Part shown: piece after piece, positions 41,529 through 50,978 of the stretch
Layout: each line of letters starts with the position of its first letter
Position numbering within the stretch: position 1 is the stretch's first letter
Assembly (NCBI GenBank): GCA_963693095.2
Contig: OY843768.1
Location: 352,001 to 416,000, forward strand
Length of the DNA: 64,000 nt
Direction: 5' to 3'
DNA from: Cenarchaeum sp.
GTDB lineage: Archaea > Thermoproteota > Nitrososphaeria > Nitrososphaerales > Nitrosopumilaceae
Notes under the pieces: model-generated
Databases searched by the model: none
What the model saw: only the letters and a program-made list of their open reading frames with translations
Told to the model about the DNA's origin: nothing
Made by a program: the position numbers and the translations under genes

Positions 41529-42929
41529 ATGCGGCCTGTCCTGCATGACATAGAGATAAAGATCGTCGACACGCTCCGGCGCGCGATGCCGACCCCGCTT
41601 GATGAGGCGGCCCTGGCGCGCGAGACGGGCCTTGGCGTGGACCAGGTTCGGCGCGGAACCGAGTGGCTGCGCCACAAGGGCCTCGCCGAGGTCAGCGAGA
41701 GCGTCACGAGAAGGGTCAGCCTAGGAGCAGCCGGCGCCATTGCCGCCAAGAGCGGCCTGCCCGAGAGGCGCCTCGCCGAGATGCTCATTGGCGGCCCAAA
41801 GGCCATGGCCGATGCGCAGTCCGAGCTTGGCGCGGACTTTGGGCCGGCGATGGGCGCTGCCAGGGCACTTGGGTGGATTGGCACGCGCGGACGGGATCTC
41901 GTCCTGTCCGGTGACGGGCCACCGGGCGAGGCGCCTGAGGAGTCAGTCATACGCGCAGCCTCGGCGAGCGGCGGCGTTGACGAGGCCGAGATTGCCAATG
42001 GCGGCGCACTCGCCTCGCTCCTGCGCAGGCCTGACATGCTGTCAGTCTCTGAGGCCACGACGCGCAGCGTCTCGCTGACGCGCAAGGGCCTTGATGCGGA
42101 TCCGGCATCGGCGCCAGGACAGATAGACGTCGAGGCTGACGCGCCGACGGTCTATCCGGCGCGGACGCATCCGCTAAAGGACACAATCGACGAGGTTCGC
42201 GAGATATTTGTCACGCTCGGCTTCGCCGAGGTCTCCGGCGCGCTCTGCCAGCCGGGATTCTGGAACTTTGATGCGCTCTTTACGCCGCAGGACCATCCGG
42301 CGCGCGAGATGCACGACACGTTCTACCTCGATGGCCTTTCGCACGTGCGCTTTGCGAGCGCGCGTGAGGCCTCTGCAGTCGCCGCCGAGCACAAGAGGCA
42401 CTGGGGAGGTGACTGGTCGTCTGCCGAGTCGCGCCGCAGCGTCCTGCGCACACACACGACGTGCGTGACGCTTCGGCACCTTGCCGAATCCAGGCCCGAC
42501 TCTGCGCGCGTCTTTTCGCTGGGTCGCGTGTTTCGCAACGAAAAGGTGAGCTACAAGCACCTCGTCGAGTTCAACCAGGTCGAGGGAGTCGTTGTCGGCC
42601 CTGACGTCACGCTGCGCGGACTCATGGGACTCCAGGCCGAGTTCTATAGGCGCATGGGCATGGAGAGGGTAAAGTTCTGGCCAACGTTCTTTCCGTACAC
42701 AGAGCCCTCGCTCCAGTCGATGGTCTACAGCGATGCGCTGGGCAAGTGGATAGAGCTCTTTGGGATGGGGATATTTCGCCCCGAGGTGACGCGCCCGCTG
42801 GGCATAAGGGGCCGTGTCCTGGCGTGGGGCGGGGGAATTGAGCGGATCGCGATGCTGAGGAGCGGCCTGTCTGACGTGCGCGAGCTGTATGCCAACAGGC
42901 TTGCGTGGCTGCGCGGGGGCGAGTCCTAG
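41529..42929 (+). CDS. pheS: Phenylalanyl-tRNA synthetase alpha subunit
   Basis: FWNFDALFTPQDHPAREMHDTFY, LRTHTT, FFPYTEPS, WGGGIER. Confidence 0.97.
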   Translation: MRPVLHDIEIKIVDTLRRAMPTPLDEAALARETGLGVDQVRRGTEWLRHKGLAEVSESVTRRVSLGAAGAIAAKSGLPERRLAEMLIGGPKAMADAQSELGADFGPAMGAARALGWIGTRGRDLVLSGDGPPGEAPEESVIRAASASGGVDEAEIANGGALASLLRRPDMLSVSEATTRSVSLTRKGLDADPASAPGQIDVEADAPTVYPARTHPLKDTIDEVREIFVTLGFAEVSGALCQPGFWNFDALFTPQDHPAREMHDTFYLDGLSHVRFASAREASAVAAEHKRHWGGDWSSAESRRSVLRTHTTCVTLRHLAESRPDSARVFSLGRVFRNEKVSYKHLVEFNQVEGVVVGPDVTLRGLMGLQAEFYRRMGMERVKFWPTFFPYTEPSLQSMVYSDALGKWIELFGMGIFRPEVTRPLGIRGRVLAWGGGIERIAMLRSGLSDVRELYANRLAWLRGGES

Positions 42930-44645
42930 TTGCCAGTAGTCGAGCTCGAGATATCGCGCCTTGCGCGCCTCTCGCGCATACACCGCGACGCGATACTCGA
43001 TGCGCTTCCGTACATTGGCCTTGACATCGAGTCAGTCGACTCGCGCACAATCAGGGCAGAGTACAGCCCAAACCGGCCTGACTATGCGACCGAGTACGGG
43101 ATTGCGCAGGGACTGCTCGGGCTGCGCGGGGGCGTGACGGGCTCGCCGCGAGTGGCGATACACAGGCGTGGCGCGTATGCGCTGCGCGCAACGCCGCGCG
43201 CGCCGCGCGAGAGGCCGGCAGTCACGGCGATAGCGGCGCGCGGGGATCGCCTCGGCGAGCGCGGCGTGACGCAGCTCATATCGATGCAGGAGGATCTCCA
43301 TGCCGGAATCGGCCGCCACCGCAAAATCTCGTCGATCGGCCTGCACAACCTTGACGCGGTGAGGTTTCCGCTAGAGTACACGGTGGTGCGGCGCGACACA
43401 AAGATGGTTCCGCTGGGATCAAAGACAGAGCTCACGCTAGATGCGATCCTCGAAAAGACTGACGTTGGCCGCGAGTACGGCGCGCTGCTAGAGACGCCGA
43501 CGAAAATGCCGGCCATACTTGATGCGCGCGGCGAGATTGTGTCGTTTCCGCCAATCATAAACTCGACGCGCACGGCCATATCGACTGACACGCGCGGCAT
43601 CTTCGTCGAGGTCACCGGAGTGGACAGGCGCTCAGTGGAGGATGCGCTCTCCATAGCGGCCACGACCCTCTCGGCAGCAGAGTTTGATCTCCATGAGGTC
43701 AGGATAACGGGCGGTCGCAACTCCACGCCGCGCCTTGAGCCCCGCAAGATGTCCCTTGATGCCGGGCTCGTGGGCAGCACGATCGGCGTGGATATGTCGG
43801 CCACCGAGGTCGCCGAGTGCATCCGCAAGAGCCGCATCGACGCCACGGTCTCCGGAAAGCGCGTCACGTGCATGGTTCCGCGCTACCGCTTTGACGTGCT
43901 CGGCGAGATGGATCTCGTCGAGGAGGCCGTTCTCGGGTATGGCATTGATGCGATCGAGCCGCTGCTGCCTCCGCAGGCGTCAGCCGGCTCGCCCTCGCGC
44001 GAGTCGGTCCGCCTTGGCGCAGTCTCGGCGTGCATGGTGGGCCTTGGATACACCGAGACGCTCAGCTCCGGCCTCGTCGGCGAGGACGTTCACGGCCTCT
44101 CTGATGCGGACAAGTCCTCGATGATCCACGTGGCCGCGCCAAAGAGCCGCGCCCACACGATACTGCGAGACTCGCTCGTGGCCGGACTCCTCGGCGTGCT
44201 CTCGCGCAACGTGCACGAGGCGTACCCGCAGCGCCTCTTTGAGACCGGCACGACGTTTGCGCGCGCCGAGCCGGTCATCGAGCACATGGCGATCGCCGGG
44301 GTGACGGCCCATGCCGGTGCGGGCTTTACGGAGGCAAAGTCCGTGGCGTCTGCAGTAATGCGCCTCCTCGGAAGGCAGATGTCCACTAGCGCAGCACAGC
44401 ATGCGCCATACGCCGACGGCCACTCGGCAGACATCACAGTTGACGGGGTGCGCGTGGGCACCATTGGTGACGTGCGCGCCGATGCGCTAGAGCGCCTGCG
44501 CATACGCGAGGCCGTTGCGGCCTTTGAGATCGACCTTGATGCGCTGCCTGCCGCACCGGGGAGCCCAAAGCGCCAATACCGGCGCCGCAAGGCCGCTACG
44601 GCCAAACGGCCTGCAAGGGGCACAAAGGCCAGGGCGGATCAATAG
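42930..44645 (+). CDS. pheT: Phenylalanyl-tRNA synthetase beta subunit, with basic C-terminal extension
   Basis: PNRPD, SFPPIINS, VPRYRFD, DLVEE, RLFETG. Confidence 0.95.
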   Translation: MPVVELEISRLARLSRIHRDAILDALPYIGLDIESVDSRTIRAEYSPNRPDYATEYGIAQGLLGLRGGVTGSPRVAIHRRGAYALRATPRAPRERPAVTAIAARGDRLGERGVTQLISMQEDLHAGIGRHRKISSIGLHNLDAVRFPLEYTVVRRDTKMVPLGSKTELTLDAILEKTDVGREYGALLETPTKMPAILDARGEIVSFPPIINSTRTAISTDTRGIFVEVTGVDRRSVEDALSIAATTLSAAEFDLHEVRITGGRNSTPRLEPRKMSLDAGLVGSTIGVDMSATEVAECIRKSRIDATVSGKRVTCMVPRYRFDVLGEMDLVEEAVLGYGIDAIEPLLPPQASAGSPSRESVRLGAVSACMVGLGYTETLSSGLVGEDVHGLSDADKSSMIHVAAPKSRAHTILRDSLVAGLLGVLSRNVHEAYPQRLFETGTTFARAEPVIEHMAIAGVTAHAGAGFTEAKSVASAVMRLLGRQMSTSAAQHAPYADGHSADITVDGVRVGTIGDVRADALERLRIREAVAAFEIDLDALPAAPGSPKRQYRRRKAATAKRPARGTKARADQ

Positions 44646-44757
44646 GGCTCGCCCGCGCACGGCTGTCGCCTCTGGGTTTTGCCGTGCCTGTGGCGCGCGT
44701 GATGCGGGGAGTGGCCGCTGAAGGGTTAATTATGCCCAGTGCGTCTAGTGTGCCATA

Positions 44758-45069
44758 ATGGCCGACGCGTGTGACGATCAAAAGGCGCTTGACGCGCTCC
44801 TCGATCCCGTCACGTCAGGACTTGTCTCCTCGCTGGAGGGCGGCTCGAGAACACTGGCGCAACTATGCGAGTCCTCTGGCCTTTCTGCAGCAGACATCAC
44901 CGAGAGGCTGTCATATCTATCCGAGCACGGGCTGCTGGACAGGACAGGCGAGGGCGACACGGTCACCTATGCGGTCAATGCAAAAAAGATTGATGCGGTT
45001 CTCTCCAGGTCAGGCCACTTTGATGGCGCGATCGACATGGTCACGCAGATGGACTCGTTTCTCAACTAG
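44758..45069 (+). CDS. Small winged-HTH (ArsR-like) protein
   Basis: LLDPV...TLAQLCESSGLS...RLSYLSEHGLL. TTAATTA box upstream. Confidence 0.75.
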   Translation: MADACDDQKALDALLDPVTSGLVSSLEGGSRTLAQLCESSGLSAADITERLSYLSEHGLLDRTGEGDTVTYAVNAKKIDAVLSRSGHFDGAIDMVTQMDSFLN

Positions 45070-45562
45070 CGCGAATCCGCCTTATGGCATATATCCCAAC
45101 AGAGGCCGCAAGAGCCACCATGCCGGCGATTATGACATACGAGCCAATGCTTGCGTACACGAGAACCTCGTCACCGGGCACGTACCCTATTGCGGCAATG
45201 ATCTCGGCGTCAGTCGTTCCGGCATTTTTCACCTCGAGCTCGTGCACTCCTGCCACGAGGATGTCAAAGCGCTCCTCGACAGAGTCGGTGCCCGAGTGCT
45301 CGGCGCCGAGCATGCCTCCCTCGGGCCATATGATGCGCACGTCTGCGTCCAAGTCGTTCCCGCCGACCTCGCGCAGCGCATAGACGCCGCCAGGCGAGAC
45401 GGCGGGGTCGAGCACGACTGCCACTGTGAGGGTCTCCTCGGCGCCGAGCACGCCTGCGCCCGTCTCCAGGCCCGCAGTGGCCGCCTGCGTTCCGACATAC
45501 GAGAGGGCAAGGCCACCGAGCATGATTGCGCCAGAGAGGGCAAAGAGCGCCATGGGCCTCAT
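45062..45562 (-). CDS. Membrane protein with N- and C-terminal TM helices flanking a beta-domain
   Basis: Two hydrophobic helices around FDILVAGVHELEVKN. Confidence 0.7.
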   Translation of the reverse strand: MRPMALFALSGAIMLGGLALSYVGTQAATAGLETGAGVLGAEETLTVAVVLDPAVSPGGVYALREVGGNDLDADVRIIWPEGGMLGAEHSGTDSVEERFDILVAGVHELEVKNAGTTDAEIIAAIGYVPGDEVLVYASIGSYVIIAGMVALAASVGIYAIRRIRAS

Positions 45563-45611
45563 GCGCGCACGCCTTGCGTGCCCCACAGTTAAGTCTTGGC
45601 GGGCTCCAAAA

Positions 45612-47127
45612 GTATGAGGTCAGCACCTAGACCGCACGCATGACCTCGGCCACCACGCTCTTCCCCATGGCCCTCCACGTCAGGAAGCACGTCAGGAGGA
45701 TAGACATGCGCCTGGCAGCCGCCGCGCCCCCCTTGAGCTGGCCGCTCACCTTGCGGCGCACGACCACGTCGCGCAGCTCCCTCTCGGCGGCGTTGTTCGT
45801 GGGCGCGACGCCGGCATGCTCGCAGAACGCGAACATCTGCGGCGCGGCGCGGCGGAGCCTGGCCACGGCGCGCGCCAGCTCCCCGCCCCCGCCGTCGTCG
45901 TGCCGGTCCAGCAGCGACGCCAGGGCATCCTCCATCGCGCGCCGCAGCTCCGCGCACGGCGCGACGGCGGTGTCCCTGGCGGCGCGGTACAGCGAGAGGA
46001 GGTCGGCGTGCAGCCCTGGCAGCGCCCCGCCGTGCATCCTGGCGGCGTGCTCCACGGCGCGCAGCTCGTGCGCCCAGCACCGCTGGTGCATCCCGCCGAC
46101 GTCGAACCTGTTGTACGCCGGGTGCCCGTCGGTTATCGCCACGCCGACGAACCCCGGCAGGATCACGTCGAGCACCTGCGCTCCCCTGCTCTTGCTGAAC
46201 TCCACCCCGACATGGCACCCGTGCTTCGCCGCCCACGTCCAGTGGCCCTCGCCGGAGCTTGGGAACCCCGTCTCGTCCACGTGCACGTGCGGCGCCCTCC
46301 TGATCTCCGCCCATATGCGCTTGGCCTCCGGCTCCAGCGCGTCGGCCACGTTGTCCCTTATGCGCAGCACGGTCGCCTTTGACATGGAGACCCCGTGCAC
46401 TTCCAGCATCTCGGCGGCGATCCGCTCGACGGGCGTCCGAGTGCGCACGGACGACGCCACGGTGCCGACGAGCCTCCTGCCGTAGGACCCGCGGGCCGGC
46501 AGGCCGGAGTCCGCCCGCCGCGTCGCGCCGCAGTCCGCGCACGTGGCCGACTCGACATAGTGCCGCGTCTCGACCGGCCGCGGGGGCGGGATCTCGATGA
46601 TGTCGCGCACCGCCGTCGTGACCTCCATGCGGCCGCCGCACTCGCACGGCCTGCGGTCGACGCGGTGCCGCTCCGTCTCGGTCGGCGCGTGCCGGCGCGA
46701 CGTGCCGCGGTGGCCGGGCCTGCCGCCGGGCGTCCCGTGCGGCGGGAGCTCGCCGCGCTCCCTCGCCCGCCGCAGCTCGCGCTTCCTCCTCTTGTGCTCC
46801 AGCGACGCCGACGACGGCGGCGTGTTGGCGTTCTGGTAGTACGACAGCGTGCGCCTCATCGTCTCGACCTCCGCCTCCAGCTCGGCGATCCTCTCGTCCC
46901 TCGACCTGACGGTGTCCTCCAGCCCGTGGACCTCCCCCTGCAGCTCCTTGACCTGCAGGCCCAGCGCCCTGGAGATCCCCTCGACGGCCCTGAGCCTGCC
47001 ATTGAGCTGTGCCAGCGTGCTGTCCTGCTTCCCGCGACCCTTCACGCCCCGGCGCGCGCCCCAGCGGTAAATGGATCGGTAGGATCGCGCCTATTTGACC
47101 AAATGGGCAGGGGTGCTGACCTCATAC
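45612..47127 (-). mobile_element. IS66-family insertion sequence (single-ORF, ISBst12-like organisation), 1516 bp
   Basis: Perfect 16-bp TIRs GTATGAGGTCAGCACC (45612-45627) / GGTGCTGACCTCATAC (47112-47127). 8-bp TSD CTCCAAAA at 45604-45611 and 47128-47135. Confidence 0.96.
45627..47045 (-). CDS. IS66-family DDE transposase
   Basis: Coiled coil + NTPPSS, GGRPGHRG, zinc motifs CECG/CADCG, HVDETG, ITDGHPAY, HQRCWAH, TNNAAERELR. Confidence 0.96.
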   Translation of the reverse strand: MKGRGKQDSTLAQLNGRLRAVEGISRALGLQVKELQGEVHGLEDTVRSRDERIAELEAEVETMRRTLSYYQNANTPPSSASLEHKRRKRELRRARERGELPPHGTPGGRPGHRGTSRRHAPTETERHRVDRRPCECGGRMEVTTAVRDIIEIPPPRPVETRHYVESATCADCGATRRADSGLPARGSYGRRLVGTVASSVRTRTPVERIAAEMLEVHGVSMSKATVLRIRDNVADALEPEAKRIWAEIRRAPHVHVDETGFPSSGEGHWTWAAKHGCHVGVEFSKSRGAQVLDVILPGFVGVAITDGHPAYNRFDVGGMHQRCWAHELRAVEHAARMHGGALPGLHADLLSLYRAARDTAVAPCAELRRAMEDALASLLDRHDDGGGGELARAVARLRRAAPQMFAFCEHAGVAPTNNAAERELRDVVVRRKVSGQLKGGAAAARRMSILLTCFLTWRAMGKSVVAEVMRAV

Positions 47128-47131
47128 CTCC

Positions 47132-47180
47132 AAAAAGTTAGACGAGGGTAAAAAAGTTAGACTAGGCTAAATCTTTAATA
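47132..47180 (+). promoter_or_regulatory. Tandem DtxR/MntR-like operators plus TATA box of the MCO-ZIP operon
   Basis: Direct repeat AAAAAGTTAGAC (47132, 47151). Palindrome TTAG-ACTAGG-CTAA (47157-47170) and degenerate TTAGACGAGGGTAA (47138-47151). TTTAATA at 47174-47180. Confidence 0.65.
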
Positions 47181-47206
47181 TGTGCCCCCGCCCTGCCCAC
47201 GGCAGG

Positions 47207-48226
47207 ATGGCAGTAACGCGCTCGATGGCGATGGCAATTGGGATCGCCGCAACGGCACTCATGGGCGTGGCCCTCATGATCCCGCAGGCCATGACCGAGC
47301 CTGAGGCGAGGGTCTTTGTGACGCACTCGGGCGCCGTGGTGAGGACGACCGGTGATGTCCTCGACCCCCTCTACACGTCCTCTGATGTCGAGTTTGACCC
47401 CATGGAGTACCTGCGCGAGTTCAACTATGGGGACATCTCGACGATGGCAGACGGGCGCACGCTGCGCGAGTTCACCATAGTCGCCGAGGACGACAAAATC
47501 ATGGAGATCTCGCCGGGAGTCTTTTACAACGTCTGGACGTACAACGGGACAGTTCCCGGCCCGACGATTCGCGCCACAGAGGGCGACGTTGTGCGCATCA
47601 ACTTTATCAACAACGGCGCCAAGGAGCACACGATCCACTTTCACGGAATACATCCGGCCGGCATGGACGGCGTCTTTGAGCCAGTCGGTCGCAACGGCGG
47701 GACGTTCACGTACGAGTTCGAGGCAGCCCCTGCCGGAGTCCACCCCTACCACTGCCACATAATGCCGCTCGAGGAGCACATCATCCACGGGCTCTATGGC
47801 GCGTTCATTGTGGATCCAGTGTCGCCTAGGGCAGAGGCCGACGAGATGGTCATGGTCCTCAACGGGTTTGACACTGACTTTGACTCTGAGAACAACTTTT
47901 ACGCCGCAAACACGGTTCCGTTCTACTATCAGCACCACCCAATAGAGATAGGACTGGGCGAGCTCATACGAGTCTATGTCCTCAACATGGTCGAGTTTGA
48001 TCCCATAAACAACTTTCACCTGCATGGCAACATGTACGACTATTATCCGACCGGAACGTACAGGGTTCCGTCAATGTTCACGGACATGATAACGCTCTCG
48101 CAGACAGAGCGCGGAATCATGGAGTTCACGTATGCCTATCCGGGCAAGTACATGTTCCACGCGCACAAGGTCGAGTTTTCAGAAAAGGGGTGGTCAGGCA
48201 TATTCCTGGTCAGCGATGGCCAATAG
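47207..48226 (+). CDS. Two-domain multicopper oxidase (type-1 Cu in domain 1)
   Basis: HTIHFHG, YHCH...H....L, FHLHG, MFHAH (no Cys in domain 2). N-terminal signal/anchor. Confidence 0.9.
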   Translation: MAVTRSMAMAIGIAATALMGVALMIPQAMTEPEARVFVTHSGAVVRTTGDVLDPLYTSSDVEFDPMEYLREFNYGDISTMADGRTLREFTIVAEDDKIMEISPGVFYNVWTYNGTVPGPTIRATEGDVVRINFINNGAKEHTIHFHGIHPAGMDGVFEPVGRNGGTFTYEFEAAPAGVHPYHCHIMPLEEHIIHGLYGAFIVDPVSPRAEADEMVMVLNGFDTDFDSENNFYAANTVPFYYQHHPIEIGLGELIRVYVLNMVEFDPINNFHLHGNMYDYYPTGTYRVPSMFTDMITLSQTERGIMEFTYAYPGKYMFHAHKVEFSEKGWSGIFLVSDGQ

Positions 48227-49385
48227 GGGGCAGCCGCGCTCCGCGATCCGGATCGCCCAGGGTGCAGTCCCGCTTGCCCTGGCGGCGGTCCTCATCGCCT
48301 ACGTCATCATCCCCGGACCCGGCCTTGAGCAGCCCGGCATGGTCATACTGCCCGAGATCACGATCGAGCGCATAGAGTTTGCCGACGGCGAGATACGCGC
48401 AAGCGTGCGCAACACGGGCCACCTCGACGTGAGCATCGCGCAGGCCGACATCAATGACCGCATACAGCCGTCTGCGGCCGAGCCGGACAAGTCGCTGGGC
48501 TGGCTAGAGTCAGCAACCGTTCGCATCCCGTACGAGTGGAACGCCGGCGAGCCCTATGAGGTTGGGATCACGCTCGATGACGGGACGCGCTTTGCGCGCG
48601 CAGTCGAGGCCGCAGTGCCGGCCCTGCGGGCCGACGGGCCGACAGTGTCGTACCTCCTGGCCATTGGCGCGTGCGTTGGCGTCATTCCCGTGATGATCGG
48701 CCTCATGTGGCGTCCGGCCATCGCGCGACTCTCGAGTGCGGCGCGCACGACAATCCTGGCGTTCACCATTGGCCTCCTCGCCTTTATCGCCGTGGACACG
48801 ATGCGCGAGGCACTCGACGTGTCTGCGGCCTGGGGCATTGATGCCGGATACAACGGGACGCTCCTTGCGGTAACTGCGGCGACCCTGGTCTTTCTGGCCA
48901 TGCGCTACGCATCCTCGGCGATGCGCAGGGCCGGCGCTAATGCGCCTGTCACGATCGCAATCCTCGTAGCCGCCGGAATCGGCCTGCACAACCTCGGCGA
49001 GGGCCTGGCCATAGGGGCCGCTGCCGCGCTCGGGCAGGCCGCATTCACGTCATTTCTCATAGTCGGCCTCGCGCTGCACAACCTGACCGAAGGCCTGGCA
49101 ATTGCGGCCCCCGTGGCCCGCTCGAGGGTGGGCCTGGCGAGGATGGCCGGACTCGGCCTCATCGCCGGCCTGCCCGTCATGGCCGGAACGGCCGCCGGCG
49201 GCCTACTCTTCTCGCCGGCTGCCGCAGTCATTCTCCTGGCCGCCGCCTCGGGGGCAGTCGTGCAGGTCATCGTCTCCATGGTCTCGTGGATGCGCTCGGA
49301 GGGCATGGAGATCAGCGGTGGGCCGGCACTCGTGGGCGTGGGGGCGGGTATGCTTGCGCTGTATGCGGTAAGCGTGCTGGCCTGA
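48216..49385 (+). CDS. ZIP-family divalent metal permease with N-terminal soluble domain
   Basis: GIGLHNLGEGLAIG and ALHNLTEG. Overlaps the MCO stop. Confidence 0.92.
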   Translation: MANRGQPRSAIRIAQGAVPLALAAVLIAYVIIPGPGLEQPGMVILPEITIERIEFADGEIRASVRNTGHLDVSIAQADINDRIQPSAAEPDKSLGWLESATVRIPYEWNAGEPYEVGITLDDGTRFARAVEAAVPALRADGPTVSYLLAIGACVGVIPVMIGLMWRPAIARLSSAARTTILAFTIGLLAFIAVDTMREALDVSAAWGIDAGYNGTLLAVTAATLVFLAMRYASSAMRRAGANAPVTIAILVAAGIGLHNLGEGLAIGAAAALGQAAFTSFLIVGLALHNLTEGLAIAAPVARSRVGLARMAGLGLIAGLPVMAGTAAGGLLFSPAAAVILLAAASGAVVQVIVSMVSWMRSEGMEISGGPALVGVGAGMLALYAVSVLA

Positions 49386-49467
49386 GTGGATAAGCTTTGG
49401 CCCCCTGCGGGGTCAATTATGATCCCACTCAATACATAAATACTTTGGAGGCCGCTAGGGGGCGTTG

Positions 49468-50547
49468 ATGGCGAAGACAGGGCGCATACTCGTCACCGGG
49501 GCACTCGTGGCCATCATGCTAATGTCAGCACCAATGGCCGCCTTTGCCCAGACAGCGCCACTGGCGCCACGCCTGGCAGTGACCGTTGACGCCGCCGGTC
49601 CGTACTCACAAGGGGACACAGTCACGGTATCTGGAACGATTCGAGAAGTGATTGACACGTCTCCGGATCTGACGATCAGGATACATCTCGTCCCCGAGGG
49701 AGAGGAATCTGCAGTAATACCGGCTCCAACCGGCCAGCGTATCCCGGCATTTGTAAAGGTGGCCCAGGTGCCAGCGTCCGAGCTAACCGACCTCTCGTTC
49801 ACCACAGAGATCAGGGTTGGTGGCCCGCAATGGAGCAGGTCTGGTGACTATATCGTATATGCGCAGTATGGCTCGTACAACGCACAGACGACGTTCAACT
49901 ATATCTCTGGTGCAGCATCCACACCAACGCCACCAACTCCGCCCGTCGTGGCGCCTGAACCAGAGCCCGTTGCGCCAGCGCCGCCGGCACCCGAGCCACC
50001 TGCGCCAGAGCCGATAATTCCACCGCCACCCCCACCGCCGCCGCCGCCACCACCACCGGCACCCACAACTGATCCACTCCCAACGCCAACATGCGGTCCG
50101 GGCACGTCGCTAGAGAATGGCGTCTGTGTTCCAGACGCAAGGCCTGGCGGCGCATGCCTCATAGCGACTGCGGCATATGGCACGGAGATGGCCGCCGAGG
50201 TTCAGATGCTGCGCGAACTGCGTGACACGACGCTGCTCGGGACGGGCTCGGGCTCGGCGTTCATGGCCGCGTTCAACGGCGTGTACTATACGTTCTCGCC
50301 GGCAGTCGCAGACCTCGAGAGGCAGAGCCCCGAGTTCAGGGAGGTCGTGCGCGCCCTCATCACGCCAATGATATCCTCGCTTGCGATAATGTCACTCGCC
50401 GACGGTGGCTCAGACGCCGACGTGCTCTCACTAGGCATGGCAGTCATTGCGCTCAATCTCGGCATGTATGTCGCCGCGCCGGCGGCTGCTGCCGTGGCGC
50501 TCAAAAAGGTCGCCTCTAGGCGCGCACGTGCGCACAATGCCCCCTAG
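49468..50547 (+). CDS. Surface protein with proline-rich linker and CFI-box-CTERM-like domain
   Basis: Signal peptide, poly-Pro run, CGPGTSLENGVC, GGACLIATAAYG...LRELRD, C-terminal TM + basic tail. Confidence 0.85.
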   Translation: MAKTGRILVTGALVAIMLMSAPMAAFAQTAPLAPRLAVTVDAAGPYSQGDTVTVSGTIREVIDTSPDLTIRIHLVPEGEESAVIPAPTGQRIPAFVKVAQVPASELTDLSFTTEIRVGGPQWSRSGDYIVYAQYGSYNAQTTFNYISGAASTPTPPTPPVVAPEPEPVAPAPPAPEPPAPEPIIPPPPPPPPPPPPPAPTTDPLPTPTCGPGTSLENGVCVPDARPGGACLIATAAYGTEMAAEVQMLRELRDTTLLGTGSGSAFMAAFNGVYYTFSPAVADLERQSPEFREVVRALITPMISSLAIMSLADGGSDADVLSLGMAVIALNLGMYVAAPAAAAVALKKVASRRARAHNAP

Positions 50548-50580
50548 ATTATTATACACGTCCCGTGGGCGGGGTGCCTG

Positions 50581-50904
50581 ATGAACATAGAGTACGAGGA
50601 GTTTGGGACCGTCGAGGACATCTTTCTCTACATGTCAGCGGCGGCTGCGCCGATGAAGAACACGATGCCAATAAGCTCGTACAAGGGCTATGTCATGTCA
50701 TTCATACCGCTCAGCCCCGCCACGGGCGGCTCTTACCTCATGATCTACACAAAGGGCGAGCTCGAGCCGGGCATCTATGAGTTTGACGTCTCGACAAAGT
50801 CGCACAAGGTCGTAAAGTCGATCGAGCGCGCGGACAAGGTCTACTTTGTGGTCGTAAATCCAAAGCGCAACACGATCGCCGACACTGCGCTAAAGGGCCT
50901 ATAG
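50581..50904 (+). CDS. Hypothetical protein
   Basis: 107 aa, native codon usage, TTATA box upstream. Confidence 0.75.
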   Translation: MNIEYEEFGTVEDIFLYMSAAAAPMKNTMPISSYKGYVMSFIPLSPATGGSYLMIYTKGELEPGIYEFDVSTKSHKVVKSIERADKVYFVVVNPKRNTIADTALKGL

Positions 50905-50978
50905 CCCCCAAACCTGCCTTGTGTACTTGCTGGACTGGAATGCATCCATCGCGCCGAGCCCATGCTCGCGCTGGAACC

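Noticed and set aside
47207-48226. Nitrite reductase NirK
   Set aside because: Both domains have HxH pairs typical of a trinuclear-site multicopper oxidase, and the gene is coupled to a ZIP permease.
50950-50965. Another IS66 end relic (CGCGCCGAGCCCATGC, 12/16 to the relic TIR)
   Set aside because: Short, GC-rich, no subterminal TGACCAAA segment and no partner end.
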